Below are positions 52,740 to 64,000 of a DNA stretch of 64,000 bases, in pieces (position 1 is the first letter of the stretch; each line of letters starts with the position of its first letter). Location of the stretch: contig OX597821.1 of NCBI GenBank assembly GCA_951406725.2, forward strand, positions 2,232,001 to 2,296,000, in the 5' to 3' direction. The position numbers and the translations under genes are program-made. The DNA comes from Octopus vulgaris. Taxonomy: Eukaryota. The notes under the pieces are model-generated. The model had not been told where the DNA came from and made no database searches. It worked only from the letters and a program-made list of their open reading frames with translations.

Positions 52740-55700
52740 GCTGGAGTGGCATTTGCTGTTAAGACTACGCTTGTGGACAAGTTGGAAGAATTCGCAATCG
52801 GAATTAACGAGCGTCTTATGTCCTTGAGAATTCCTTTGGCTAATTATATGACCTTGGTGAGTGTATATGCTCCAACTATGTGCTACACGGATGACGAAAA
52901 ACTTTCTTTCTACCATGCTTTGATGGGCATTATAAGAAATATCCCTCGAGCAGACAAAGTCATCGTACTGGGTGACTTTAATGAAGGAGTGGGTAGGGAT
53001 TTTAACACATGGACAGTAATTGGAAAGCATGGGGTGGGGAAGTGTAATAGTAATGGCATGCTTTTGCTGCAGATGTGTGAGGAGCTGAGTCTGTGTGTTA
53101 CCAATACCATGTTTCAACAAAAGAATAATCTTAAGACTACATGGATGCACCCTACATCTAAAGAATGGCATATTCTGGATTACATCCTAGTTAGGGTGCG
53201 TGACAGACAGGATGTGCAGTGTGTTCGTGTCCTTCGTGGAGCTGAGTGTTGGACTGACCACATCCTAGTACGTGCAAAAGTGAAATTAGTCACAAAACAT
53301 AAAATCCGAGCTGCAGGGATGACCCTGCCTAAAAGACTAAATGTTGATCGTCTTAGGTATAATAGTGTGAAGAGAACTTTACGAGAGGAAATGAATGCTG
53401 AAGATATTGGGGAGGATTGGCCGACCCTTAAAAAGTCAGTTTATGATATAGGCAAGAAAGTTCTGGGATTGCTACAAAGAAAGCATCAATATTGGTTAAG
53501 AAGAAAATGATGAACATATAGATGATTTATTGGCTGATAAAAGACGTACTTTGTCACGCTATTTGTCAGCAAAAGTCACAGGAAAGGGAATGTGTTACAT
53601 AGGGAACTCAAGGACGTAAAATCATGTGTGAAGAAAAGGCTCTCTCAGATGAGGGATACATGGTGGAGTAAGAAGGCTGACGAGATACAGGCAGCATCAG
53701 ATTCCAATAACACAAAGCTGTTGTATGGTCTCTTCCGAGAAGTTTCTGGACCGACGTCTTCCCTGATGACACAAATTCGAAGCAGAGATGGTAAAGAACT
53801 TCTTCGTGATTCACAAGGAATTCTGCGAAGGTGGCAAGAACACTTTGATGAACTTTTGAATCAGCAGTCTGTAGTTAGTGAGGATGTTCTTAATCTCATC
53901 CCTGGATTGCCTGTGAAGGCAGCACTCGCAGAACCACCAAAGTTGGAAGAAGTAGCAATGGCTGTCTCAAGGTTGAATAATGGGAAGTCTCCGGGTATGG
54001 ATGGCATACATGCGGAGTTGTTACAGCATGGTGGTGAGAAAATTCTGCAGAAACATCACTCTTTGTTTGGTAACGTATGGACTAGTGAATCTGTACCTGA
54101 GGACTGGAGAGATGCAGTAATGGTGGTCCTGTATGAGGGAAAGGGCAACATGAATGATTGTGGTAATTATAGGGGAGTATCATTGCTGTCTGCTGTAGGA
54201 AAGGTTTTATGCAGGATACTCCTGGATCGTCTGCTGAAATACATTGCAGATTGTGTTCTTCCAGAAAGTCAATCTGGCTTTCGTGTGAGACGTGGCACTG
54301 CTGATATGATATTTTCAGCTAGACAGCTTCAGGGAAAGAGTGTGGAACAGGGTCTGGATTTGTATCAGGTTTTTGACGATCTGACAAAAGCCTTTGATAC
54401 CGTTAATAGAAAAGCATTGTGGACAGTCCTCTAGAAACTTTGGTGTCCTAAAAACTTCCTTGCTTTGGTTATGTCTTTTCATGAAGACATGAATCGTAGG
54501 ATGAATGTTAGAGGGAAGATGTCGGAGCCCATTTCAATACAAAATGGAGTGAAATAGGGGGATATTCTGGCACCGACCCTATTTTCCATATATTTCGCGA
54601 TGGTGTTCTGTATTGCATTCAGAAACTGCAGATACGGTGTTTACGTCCATTATCAAACCTCTGGCAGCATATTTAATATCAGGCGCCTTGCTGCAAAAAC
54701 AAAGATATTTACCTCTATCATAAGAGACCTTTTGTATGCTGATGATTGTGAGCTAGTAGCACACACAGAGATTGATATGCAACACATTTTGAATGCATTC
54801 TCTGATGCTTGCACTGCCCTAGGATTGACAGTCAATCTCAAGAAAACTGCTGTCATGCATTAACCTGCCCCTGGTAAGCAGTATAGTGTACCAAATATCT
54901 ATGTGAATGGTAAACGACTTGATGTAGTCGATCAGTTTGTCTACCTGGGAAGCACTATTAATAGATATGGCAATGTGGATGATGAAATTCCATACACAAT
55001 TAAGAAAGCAAGTGTTGCTTTCGGAATGCTAGAAAAGCGCCTCTGGAGTCGGCGATACATATGCAGAAAGACAAAGATAAAGGTGTACAAGGCATGTGTG
55101 CTCCCTTCTCTTCTCTATACCTGCGAGACGTGGGTCACATATCGATACCACCTTAAATAACTGGAACGTTTCCATCAGATGTGCCTCAGACGGATCTATA
55201 GCATTAAGTGGAAGGACCGCATCAGTGATCTTGAAATACTCGAAGGCTCTCGGTGTGAAAGTATAGAAGCTCTTGTGTTAAAGCAAAGGCTCAGATGGAG
55301 TGGACATCTGGTCAGAATGAAGGATTCAAGGATGACAAAATAACTCTTTTATGGAGAGTTAGCTAAAGGAGAACGACCTCCACATAGACCAAAAAAGATG
55401 TATAAGGACTTGCTGAAGGCTTCCTTAAGAGATGCTTGCATCTCTCCTGACACATGAGAAGGCATAGCTATTGATCGTAGCAGGTGGAGAAGGATTGTGT
55501 ATGAGGGGACAGCCACGTTTGAGAAATCTCGAGTTGCACATGAAAAAGTAAGGAGGGATGTCTAGAAGGGCATCACTATTACACTTCCAGAAGGGAAGGG
55601 TCTTCCTTTTATTCTGACATGCAATGCCTGTGCAAGACCCTGCCTCAGTAAAGCTGGACTTATGGTCATCTTCGTAGTCATAAAACGAGACAGATGAGTG

Positions 55701-55986
55701 ACAACCTGGCCACTGGTAGTGGTGTAACACACCATACTAATCATATCTGTCGGGCATGTGGAAGAGAGTGTAATTCGGCAGGAGGTCTTAAACGACATGC
55801 AAAGGTACATGAAGCCCAGTTACAACTACAGCCGGCTATTACCAGTAAAGGTTTTAGTTGCCAGTTTTGTACAAGACATTGTAGATCTTTAGCTGGGCTA
55901 AAAAGTCACATTTGATCACAGCACCATTAACAATTAAACTTCGTGCAATGGCCATACTCGATAACGAGGGGCAGCCATAATAATAA
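52740..55986 (+). mobile_element. RTE-clade LINE, 5'-truncated and decayed: AP endonuclease, RT, three C2H2-like fingers
   Basis: GVAFAV, SVYAPT, LGDFN, TWMHP..LDYIL..TDH; KSPGMDGI, NYRGVSLLS, QSGFR, DLTKAFDTV, LLYADDC, FVYLGS; (TAA)n tail; multiple stops. Confidence 0.93.
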
Positions 55987-56139
55987 TGTATATATCTATC
56001 TCTGCATCTCTCTATCTTTCCCACTCTCTCTCTCACTTTATATATATATACATTCGTACACACATATACACACATACACACACACACACGCATATATATA
56101 TATATAATATATATACACATATACATATATACACATCTC

Positions 56140-56553
56140 ATTTCCTTATTGCTCACAATGGGCTAAACAGAGGGGACAAACAATGACAGACAAACGAATT
56201 AAGTCGATTCAATCAATCCCAGTGCGTCACTGGTACATAATTTATCGACCCCGAAAGGATGAAAGGCAAAGTCGACCTCGGCGGAATTTGAACTAAGAAC
56301 GCAGCGGCGGACGAAATACCTATTTCTTAACTACCCACAAGGGGCTAAACACAGAGAGGACAAACAAGGACAGACAAACGGATTAAGTCGATTATATCGG
56401 TCCCTGTGCGTAACTGATACTTCTTTAATCGACTCTGAAAGGATGAAAGGCAAAATCGACCTCGGCGGAATTTGAACTCAGAACGTAGCGGCAGACGAAT
56501 TACCGCTAAGCATTTCGCCCGGCGTGCTAACGTTTCTGCCAGCTCGCTGCCTT
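56140..56553 (-). mobile_element. SINE family A tandem dimer
   Basis: Two bodies; only the right-hand one has the complete tRNA-like head. Confidence 0.85.
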
Positions 56554-57442
56554 ATATATACATCTATTTATCTATCTATTTTTCTATCTATCTATCTATC
56601 TATCTATCTATATGCGCCTGTGAAGGAATGTTTTTGAGTGGGTATGTTTGAGTGGTGTTTGTATAAGCATATTTGTGTGTGCACCTGTTTATGATTTTTT
56701 AATGTAGGAATCCAGGTTTAGAGGCTGTTTTTAAACTTCAGTTTCTTTTATTGAATTCCGTTTATCAATTGACCTCTTGGACACATCGTCTTATTTTTGA
56801 GACTCTGCGCAGTCACTCGGGGATTCTATTGCGCTGTAGGTTATTTGTGTATTTTCATAATTTCTAAATGTCTGCAAGACAGTTACCGTAATATGCAAGG
56901 AGATTTAGAATGTCAGGAATTTGTCCAAAAGTATTAACCTTTCGATTGGAAAAAGATGTTTTAAAATATTCTTTCGCTGCATTTAGTAATTGAACACCAG
57001 ATATACACACCTGTATTGTATAACATCGTATAACATACTGAAGAACATTCAACACATGTACATACGTCAATAAGTGAAGTTCTTTCTTATATATATCTAT
57101 ATATATATATATATATATATAAGAAGAAGGATACATATATATATGGAAGAAGGATACATATATAAACACACACGTGCGCGCAAACACACACGCACACAGA
57201 CTTATATATATATGTATGTATGTATGTATGTATACACACATAATTTTAAGGACAATGATATATATATATATGTATATATATTTATGTTTATATGTATATA
57301 TTTATAAATATATATTTTTTTATATATATATACATACACGTATATTTAAATATGCATGCCTATAATTGTTTTTGTGTATTTGCGTATTTCTATCTATCTA
57401 TCTATCTATATGCATATATATATGTGTGTGTGTCTGTGTTTG

Positions 57443-57480
<38 letters not shown>

Positions 57481-57756
57481 ATTATACATACACGTATATT
57501 TATATATACATGCATACACATATGGTTTTGTGTATTTGCCCCCCCTCTCTCTTTCTATATATATATATATATATATTGAAAAATATGTCTATACTTAAAT
57601 GACGTATATGCAACATATAAATCACATATTTTGCGGGTTAATGCATTTATAATTCTTGTTTTAGAGTATATAAGTATAATCGACGGTATTAAGATCAAAT
57701 ACATTTACCAACACTAAACACAATACAAGAACAGCAACAACAACTACTTCTAAAAC

Positions 57757-57809
<53 letters not shown>

Positions 57810-58359
57810 ATGATGATGATAATAATATTGCTAACAACAACAATAAAATCAACAAAACAAAAATGATAGTTCGTTTATTCCACATAAGGGTGTGTAGATG
57901 ATATGTTTATTTTATTTGTTGATGAAAATGTAGTTAACGAAATAAATATAATATATACAGGGAACACAAAGTGATACAGTTCTGTAGATAGAACAGATCC
58001 GTCTAGAAGGACCATTGTATGAACCCTTCAGAGGGAGGGACGCATTGGCCACCAATATCTCGTGCTCCCTCACAACTTATCTTCTCTTATATTAACGTTG
58101 ATAGTTGGAGTGGAGTCTTTCAATCAAAGCATATTCGCCTCAGCCACCATTTGAAGATTTCACTGGATAAGAGTTATGCTGTCTTCGCCGTTTCCTACGT
58201 GGTACTTGAAAAATAATGATAAGAGATTGTCTGGAAAGGAAGGTGTCTGTACGCAAACTTTTCAGTTCTTTTTCACAACACATTAATTTTTACTATCACC
58301 ACAATGCAGAAGAGAACTTCCAACGGTTGCTTCTATTGTTGGTTTTGCTGCTGCTGCTG

Positions 58360-58404
<45 letters not shown>

Positions 58405-59289
58405 GCTATTTCACTTGGGAGCTACGAAAGAGAAGTTTTATGTCCGTGGGATCCGAAACTTAAAATCCTCAAGGCATTACAGATGTGACGCAAGTGTTTT
58501 GTATTTTAGTCGTAGGATGATAGATGTACACCGAATATATATATATATATATATATGACACAAACATATATACCTATATATCCAACTATCTATCTATTTA
58601 TCTATCTGTCGATCTTTGTTTCTTTCTCTGTGTGTGTATCTATAGTGTGAATGTATGCATGTATGTATGTGTGTGTGTATGTGTGTGTGTGCGCGCGCGT
58701 ATGCTTTAATGCTGGACTAGAATAAAACTAATTTCTCATTACTCGGTGGAATTTGAACTCAGACGGACATAATGCCGCAAAGCATTTTGCCTTCAGGTGC
58801 TAACATTTCCAGCAGCTCTTCGCCTTCAGTGATTAGTAATATCGCAAAGCAAAGTAGGATATCTTTTGGAAATATTGTATTTTAAGAAAAACAGTATTCT
58901 CTGTTATTGTGTTTCTTAGTGTGTGTATACTTGTGTGAGAGAGTCTGTGTGTGTGTAAGTGTGCGTGTTCGTGCGGTTGTTGTTTTTGTTTTTTATTTTA
59001 CATTCCAGCAAGCAAATTCTTAATAAACCAATACAATCATACAGACAATTTAAAGCTCACCAGTCAATCAACTGAAACTTCAGATGTTCAGTGAGATATT
59101 ATTTTATATCATTAAGTGTGAGATACTAAGCAACAGAACTACTACACTGATGTACTTAATGCCTTCTTCATACATACATACTCACACGAGCTCACAAAGA
59201 CTTGCATGTATACATAACTGTATATGCATGTATGTATGTTATCTGGATGAAAACATTTAATTTGGCCTACGTATCATACATAAATATGC

Positions 59290-59499
59290 ATTCTTTTATT
59301 CTTTTACTTGTTTCAGTCATTTGACTGCGGCTATGCTGGAGCACCGGCTTTAGTCGGAGATATTGATCCTAGGATTTTTATCTTTGTAAGCCTAGTACTT
59401 ATTCTATCGATCTCTTTTGCCGAACCGATAATTTAAAGGGACGTAAATATACCGACATCGGTTGTCAAGCGATGGTGGGGGAAAATACAGAACACGCAA

Positions 59500-59500
<1 letters not shown>
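59290..59500 (-). mobile_element. Tail of SINE family D
   Basis: tcttttacttgtttcagtcatttgactgcgg..ccgacatcggttgtcaagcgatggtgg. Confidence 0.8.
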
Positions 59501-59530
<30 letters not shown>

Positions 59531-60289
59531 CTAGCCTTAAATACCCGTCGTTGCCGGGCCATAGTGCTAGTGCATGTATATATGTGTATATATATGTGTA
59601 CATATTACATGTACATCTATATATATACAATAATAGAAATATTAAAATTAATAAGTCTCTCTAAAACATCTACACATAAAATGCAAAATACAAAGTTATA
59701 TCTTGATATCGCTTGTGATAACAATACTCAAAATATATAACAGACTGGAATTGTTAGCTCTTCTTTTTTTCTCTACATTGTATACTTTATAGACAATAGT
59801 CTTTTCTTTAATTTAATTTTTTATTATCCATCTGGACTATTCCATTTCTACACGCAAATTTTATTTTTAATTTATTCCCATACATGTGAAACCACTTATT
59901 GAAGTTCAAATCATTGATGCAATTTTATACCAATTGCTATTTTTACTTTTGTATGTTACGATTATATTATACTTTAGTTTGATTTTAATTATTACTTACT
60001 ACATATAATTCAATTATTATTATTTTTATTGTTTAAGTGAAAGCATCTGACATAAAATAGAGAAATATTTTTGTTTCACTTTTAACACGTAATACTGAAA
60101 TAGTGGAGAAGATATGATATTGCTATGGGCTCGCTCTAGGCAAGAGGTTGAACATTTTTTTTGCCCATGGAACTACATGGACCCTAAGTAAAACATGTGT
60201 AAAATTTGAATGAAATTGGTTGTGTAGTTCTCAAGTTTTAGGGAAACACACAGACAGACAGACACACAATCTCAGTTTTATATATATAA

Positions 60290-60292
<3 letters not shown>
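59531..60292 (-). mobile_element. Non-autonomous Helitron (22393 family)
   Basis: A|CTAG plus hairpin cccgtcgttgccggg at left; TTTTATATATATAAAGA|T at right. Confidence 0.85.
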
Positions 60293-60344
<52 letters not shown>

Positions 60345-60348
<4 letters not shown>

Positions 60349-61582
60349 CATGCAGGAAGTAAATAGACGCCTTTAATTTAAAATATTTCTGATCTATGCG
60401 TCATAATATATATTCAGCGGTGTAGAATTTACAATATAATTATTCTTTTTCATTCCAGGTGCCATTATATTAAACATTTGCGAAGAGTAACCATGACACG
60501 CACAAAAAATTCAGCAGAACTGTCAGATTTTCAAAGAGGTCGTATTGTTGGGCAATCTGAGGCTGGTCTTAGCCAGCGAAAAATTGCCGAAAATATTCAA
60601 ATTCCTTATGCTAGTATTAATATAATTATAGTCCAATTCAAAAACCAAGGAAAAGAATCAACAGATTCTCGTCCCGCTCGACCTGGCCCCTCGGAAATGA
60701 ACCCCGTTCGAAGGCTTATGACATTGCAAAACTGTTAGAATTTAGTCAAAGAACGTGTGTTACATATCTGCATAAGTTTGGGTATTATGGACGATCTGCT
60801 AGAAGAAAACGTCTCCTTCAACCAATTAATATCATGAGAAGAAAGAAATGGGCTAAGGATAAGTCAGAAAAATCCAGTTCATTTTGGGTTTGAGTGATTT
60901 TCTCACATGAATCCATATTTGCATTATTTTCAGACAGTGGACGTGTTTGGGTCTGGAGATTTCCCAGTCAAGAATTTGATTTGAAACGACTCCAACCAAC
61001 TGTGAAACATAGCGGTATCTCTGTAATGGTCGGGGAGCTGTCACCAGCAATGATCGTTCTGAGTTGACTGAATTTGTTGGAAGCATAAACTCTGAAAAAT
61101 GCAACGAAATACTTAAGCCAGGACTGCTTCCGATATATTCACACGATAACATAACGAAAAATGTGTTTTTATTCATGGAAAATGGGGCTCGAAGCCACAC
61201 AGCAAAAAAGAATCAACAATGGCTGACTGAAAATGCTATCAAAAAGCTTCCTTGTTCGAGCCAATCTCCTGACATGAACCCAATTGAAAATCTTTGGCGC
61301 ATACTACATAGATATAGACGAAAATCTCGACAGAAACCTAAAGCTAAAGATGAACTGATTCGGTTTTTGCGTGAAAAGTTGGCAGAAATTCCACAAGAGA
61401 AAAACAAAAAGCTCATCAGTTCAATGCCAGAAAGAGTTTCTGCATTAAAAAATGCAAAGGGAATGTCAACCATATACTAAAGTATGTAGTCTTACCTATC
61501 GATTAAATTTCAATTATTCGATTTGCATATTAAATAAAAGATTTTGAAAATGAAAGGTGTCTATTTACTTCCTGCATGTATG
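60345..61582 (+). mobile_element. Tc1-like (DD34E-type) transposon, decayed
   Basis: TIR CAGACATGCAGGAAGTAAATAGAC / GTCTATTTACTTCCTGCATGTATG; ELSDFQRGRIVG HTH, FMENGARSH, SQSPDMNPIENLW, SMPERV. Confidence 0.9.
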
Positions 61583-61589
61583 TGTATAA

Positions 61590-61730
61590 ATACGAAGGGC
61601 TTCTTTCAGTTTCCGTCTACCAAATCCATTCACAAGGCTTTGGTCAGCCCGAGGCAATAGTAGAAGACACATACCCAAGGTGTCACACAGTGGGACTGAA
61701 CCTGAAATCACGCGGTTGGGAAGCAAACTT
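61590..61730 (-). mobile_element. Head of SINE family D
   Basis: gggcttctttcagtttccgtctaccaaatcca..ggttgggaagcaa. Confidence 0.8.
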
Positions 61731-61792
61731 CTTTATTTCATTATATGATTTGATTGATTTTGATTTTTGATTTTTCCAGTTTCAGCTAATGA

Positions 61793-62445
61793 GCATCTTA
61801 ATATGGCTAACCACATAGGGGAGGGGATGTTACTGTAGCTCTGTAGCCCCAGGTGATCGTCGTCAACAGCTGGCTTTAGACACCATTTCAGTGCCCTTGA
61901 AGTATTTGCAAAGGGAGGGCATCCCTTTCTCGCAAGCCTGAGTTATACGCACGGACGAGTTTCGGGATTATTATACCTTATCAACGGGCGCTAACCACCA
62001 GGTTACCAGGTTACCATATTAAGATGGCTTCTATACTTTACATTATCGAGCGATTACTGTTTACATCTCATTGTGGGATTTAATAATGCTTACAGTCAGT
62101 TTTTCGAAATCAGTGGCAGACGTCACTAGAAAAACTCTTATATATTTGCAAAGCAGCCTTGTCTTTCATCGCGACCTGGTGGTTACCGCCCGTTGATAAG
62201 GGACAATAATCCCGAAACTAGTCCGTGCGTATCACTTAGACTTGCGAGAAAGGGATGGCCTCCCTTTGCAAATACATCAAGGGCACTGAAATGGTGTCTA
62301 AAGCCAGCTGGAGACGACGATCTCCTGGGGCTATAGAGCTACAGTAACACCCCCTCCCCTATGTGGTTAGCCATATTAAGATGGCTTCTATACTTTACAT
62401 TATCGAGCGATTACTGTTTACATCTCATTCTGAGATTTAATAATG

Positions 62446-62446
<1 letters not shown>
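61793..62446 (+). mobile_element. Retrozyme-like non-coding element, 357-bp period, preceded by an inverted partial copy
   Basis: Inverted repeat about 61793-62003 versus 62174-62383; direct repeat 62014-62089 and 62371-62446; ends in (TA)n. Confidence 0.7.
62184..62231 (+). ncRNA. Minimal type I hammerhead ribozyme, U3:A8 variant
   Basis: gcccg TTGATAA ggga caataa tccc GAAA ctag TC cgtgc; mutated inverted copy at 61946-61990. Confidence 0.75.
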
Positions 62447-62498
<52 letters not shown>

Positions 62499-62501
<3 letters not shown>

Positions 62502-62830
62502 CGCAGGAGTGGTTGTGTGTAAGCAGCTTGCTCACCAACCACATGGTTCCGGGTTCAGTCCCAATGCGTACCACCTTGGGCAGGTGTCTTCTACTATAAC
62601 CTCCGGCCGACCAAAGCCTTGTGAGTGGATTTGGTAGACGGAAACTGAAAGAAGCCTGTCATATAACTAAATGATGCTGGTATGTTTAGGTCTCCGTAAC
62701 TCAGCTATTCTACAAAAGCAACCGATAGAACAATGACTAGGCTTACAAAGAATAAGTCCTGGGGTCTATTTGCTCGACTAAAGGCGATGCTCCAGCACGA
62801 CCACAATCAAATGACTGAAACACGAAGAAG
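62499..62830 (+). mobile_element. SINE family D lacking the internal microsatellite
   Basis: ggcgcaggagtggttgtgtg head joined directly to the tail. Confidence 0.75.
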
Positions 62831-63910
62831 AAACATATATATATATAAACGTATGCGAATGGCTGCGTGTAGGTGTATATATATATATATGTCAGATCTG
62901 CGTTTGCTCCACCAACGCTTAACAGTTTTGGTTCATCAACGTCCCCGTATCTTACTGGCTATAGATAACAACAGAAGAAGGACCATACTTATTAAATCAG
63001 TCCTTTGTTTTATTCGTTTGGGTAAACCATTCGTAACGGTGCCCTTGTGTGGCCGCTGGACAAAATTTTACGGAAACGAGCAAAATATAAACTAAAACAA
63101 TTTATTTTTTATTTGTATCTGAGAAAAAATAATCGAGATTACGATTCAATGTTCTCCCGTAACACAATTTGCTCGTTAACACTGCAGACACAGGTCTCAT
63201 AGATGCTATTAATTATTATCATCATCTACTGACCCGTACACTAAAATGCTAAAAACAAACATATGCCAGATCAAAATCTTCACCTCTAAAAACGGTTTTA
63301 AATATGCATGAAAGATCTGTTAACAACACCAGTCCGTCTCTTTTAGTTTTACTATACATATACATGGCAGCCATTTCGAAAAGAATAAAACAACAAAAAG
63401 TAGTAAAAGAAAATGTATATAGCTGTTCGTTCGGGAAGACGGAGGAATGGCAATAATCTACAATTCAACATAAAATTCCTTATCACATTTTCCATTCATT
63501 TGTTTAAACAAGTGAGGCATAACTTTAATCTGCACGATATGTATGTACACACACGGAGACAGAAGCATAAAAAAATACAAACTACAAGAACCTCACACAC
63601 ATTCACGTTCTCAAAACTCATACATAAATTTAGTGTAACAAGAGCACACGGACACACATCTATAGTCATATATGTACAGCTATATATTATATATGTATGC
63701 ATGTATATACATATATATAAATATATGTATGCATATATATAGATATATGCATGTAAGTATATGCACATATGTAAGAAGATATGAGGGCATAATAAATATG
63801 TACATATATAGGAATATATGCATATATATGAATATATAGATATACATATACATGCATATAAATATATATATATGTGTATATATATATAAATATATTTATG
63901 CACACATATA

Positions 63911-63955
<45 letters not shown>

Positions 63956-64000
63956 ATATACATATATATGTGTGTGCACATATGTATGTATATATTTGCA

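Overview
AT-rich animal DNA with no recognisable host protein-coding exon, so it is most likely intronic or intergenic. The SINE, Dong and RTE repertoire and the (TA)n/(AAT)n load resemble an octopus genome (inference). Almost all ORF-track entries are microsatellite artefacts. The real content is mobile DNA: a near-intact Penelope-like retroelement (PLE, 8352-12923, minus), four stacked Dong/R4 LINE fragments in (AAT)n, a decayed RTE LINE with three C2H2-like fingers, a CR1 fragment, four Tc1/mariner relics, at least seven Helitron derivatives and many tRNA-derived SINEs. Two features stand out. (1) The PLE has a separate coiled-coil ORF1 that overlaps the RT-GIY-YIG frame at an in-phase T-TTT-TTA slippery heptamer, and conserved PLE N-terminal motifs lie upstream of the first ATG of ORF2, which points to gag-pol-like -1 ribosomal frameshifting. 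(2) About a dozen type I hammerhead ribozyme (HHR) motifs from several unrelated families occur beside (TA)n tracts. Two families use a U3:A8 variant core, and two ORF-less units of 357 and 565 nt have retrozyme-like, circularly permuted partial-tandem structure. All folds were read by eye; no search or computation was run.
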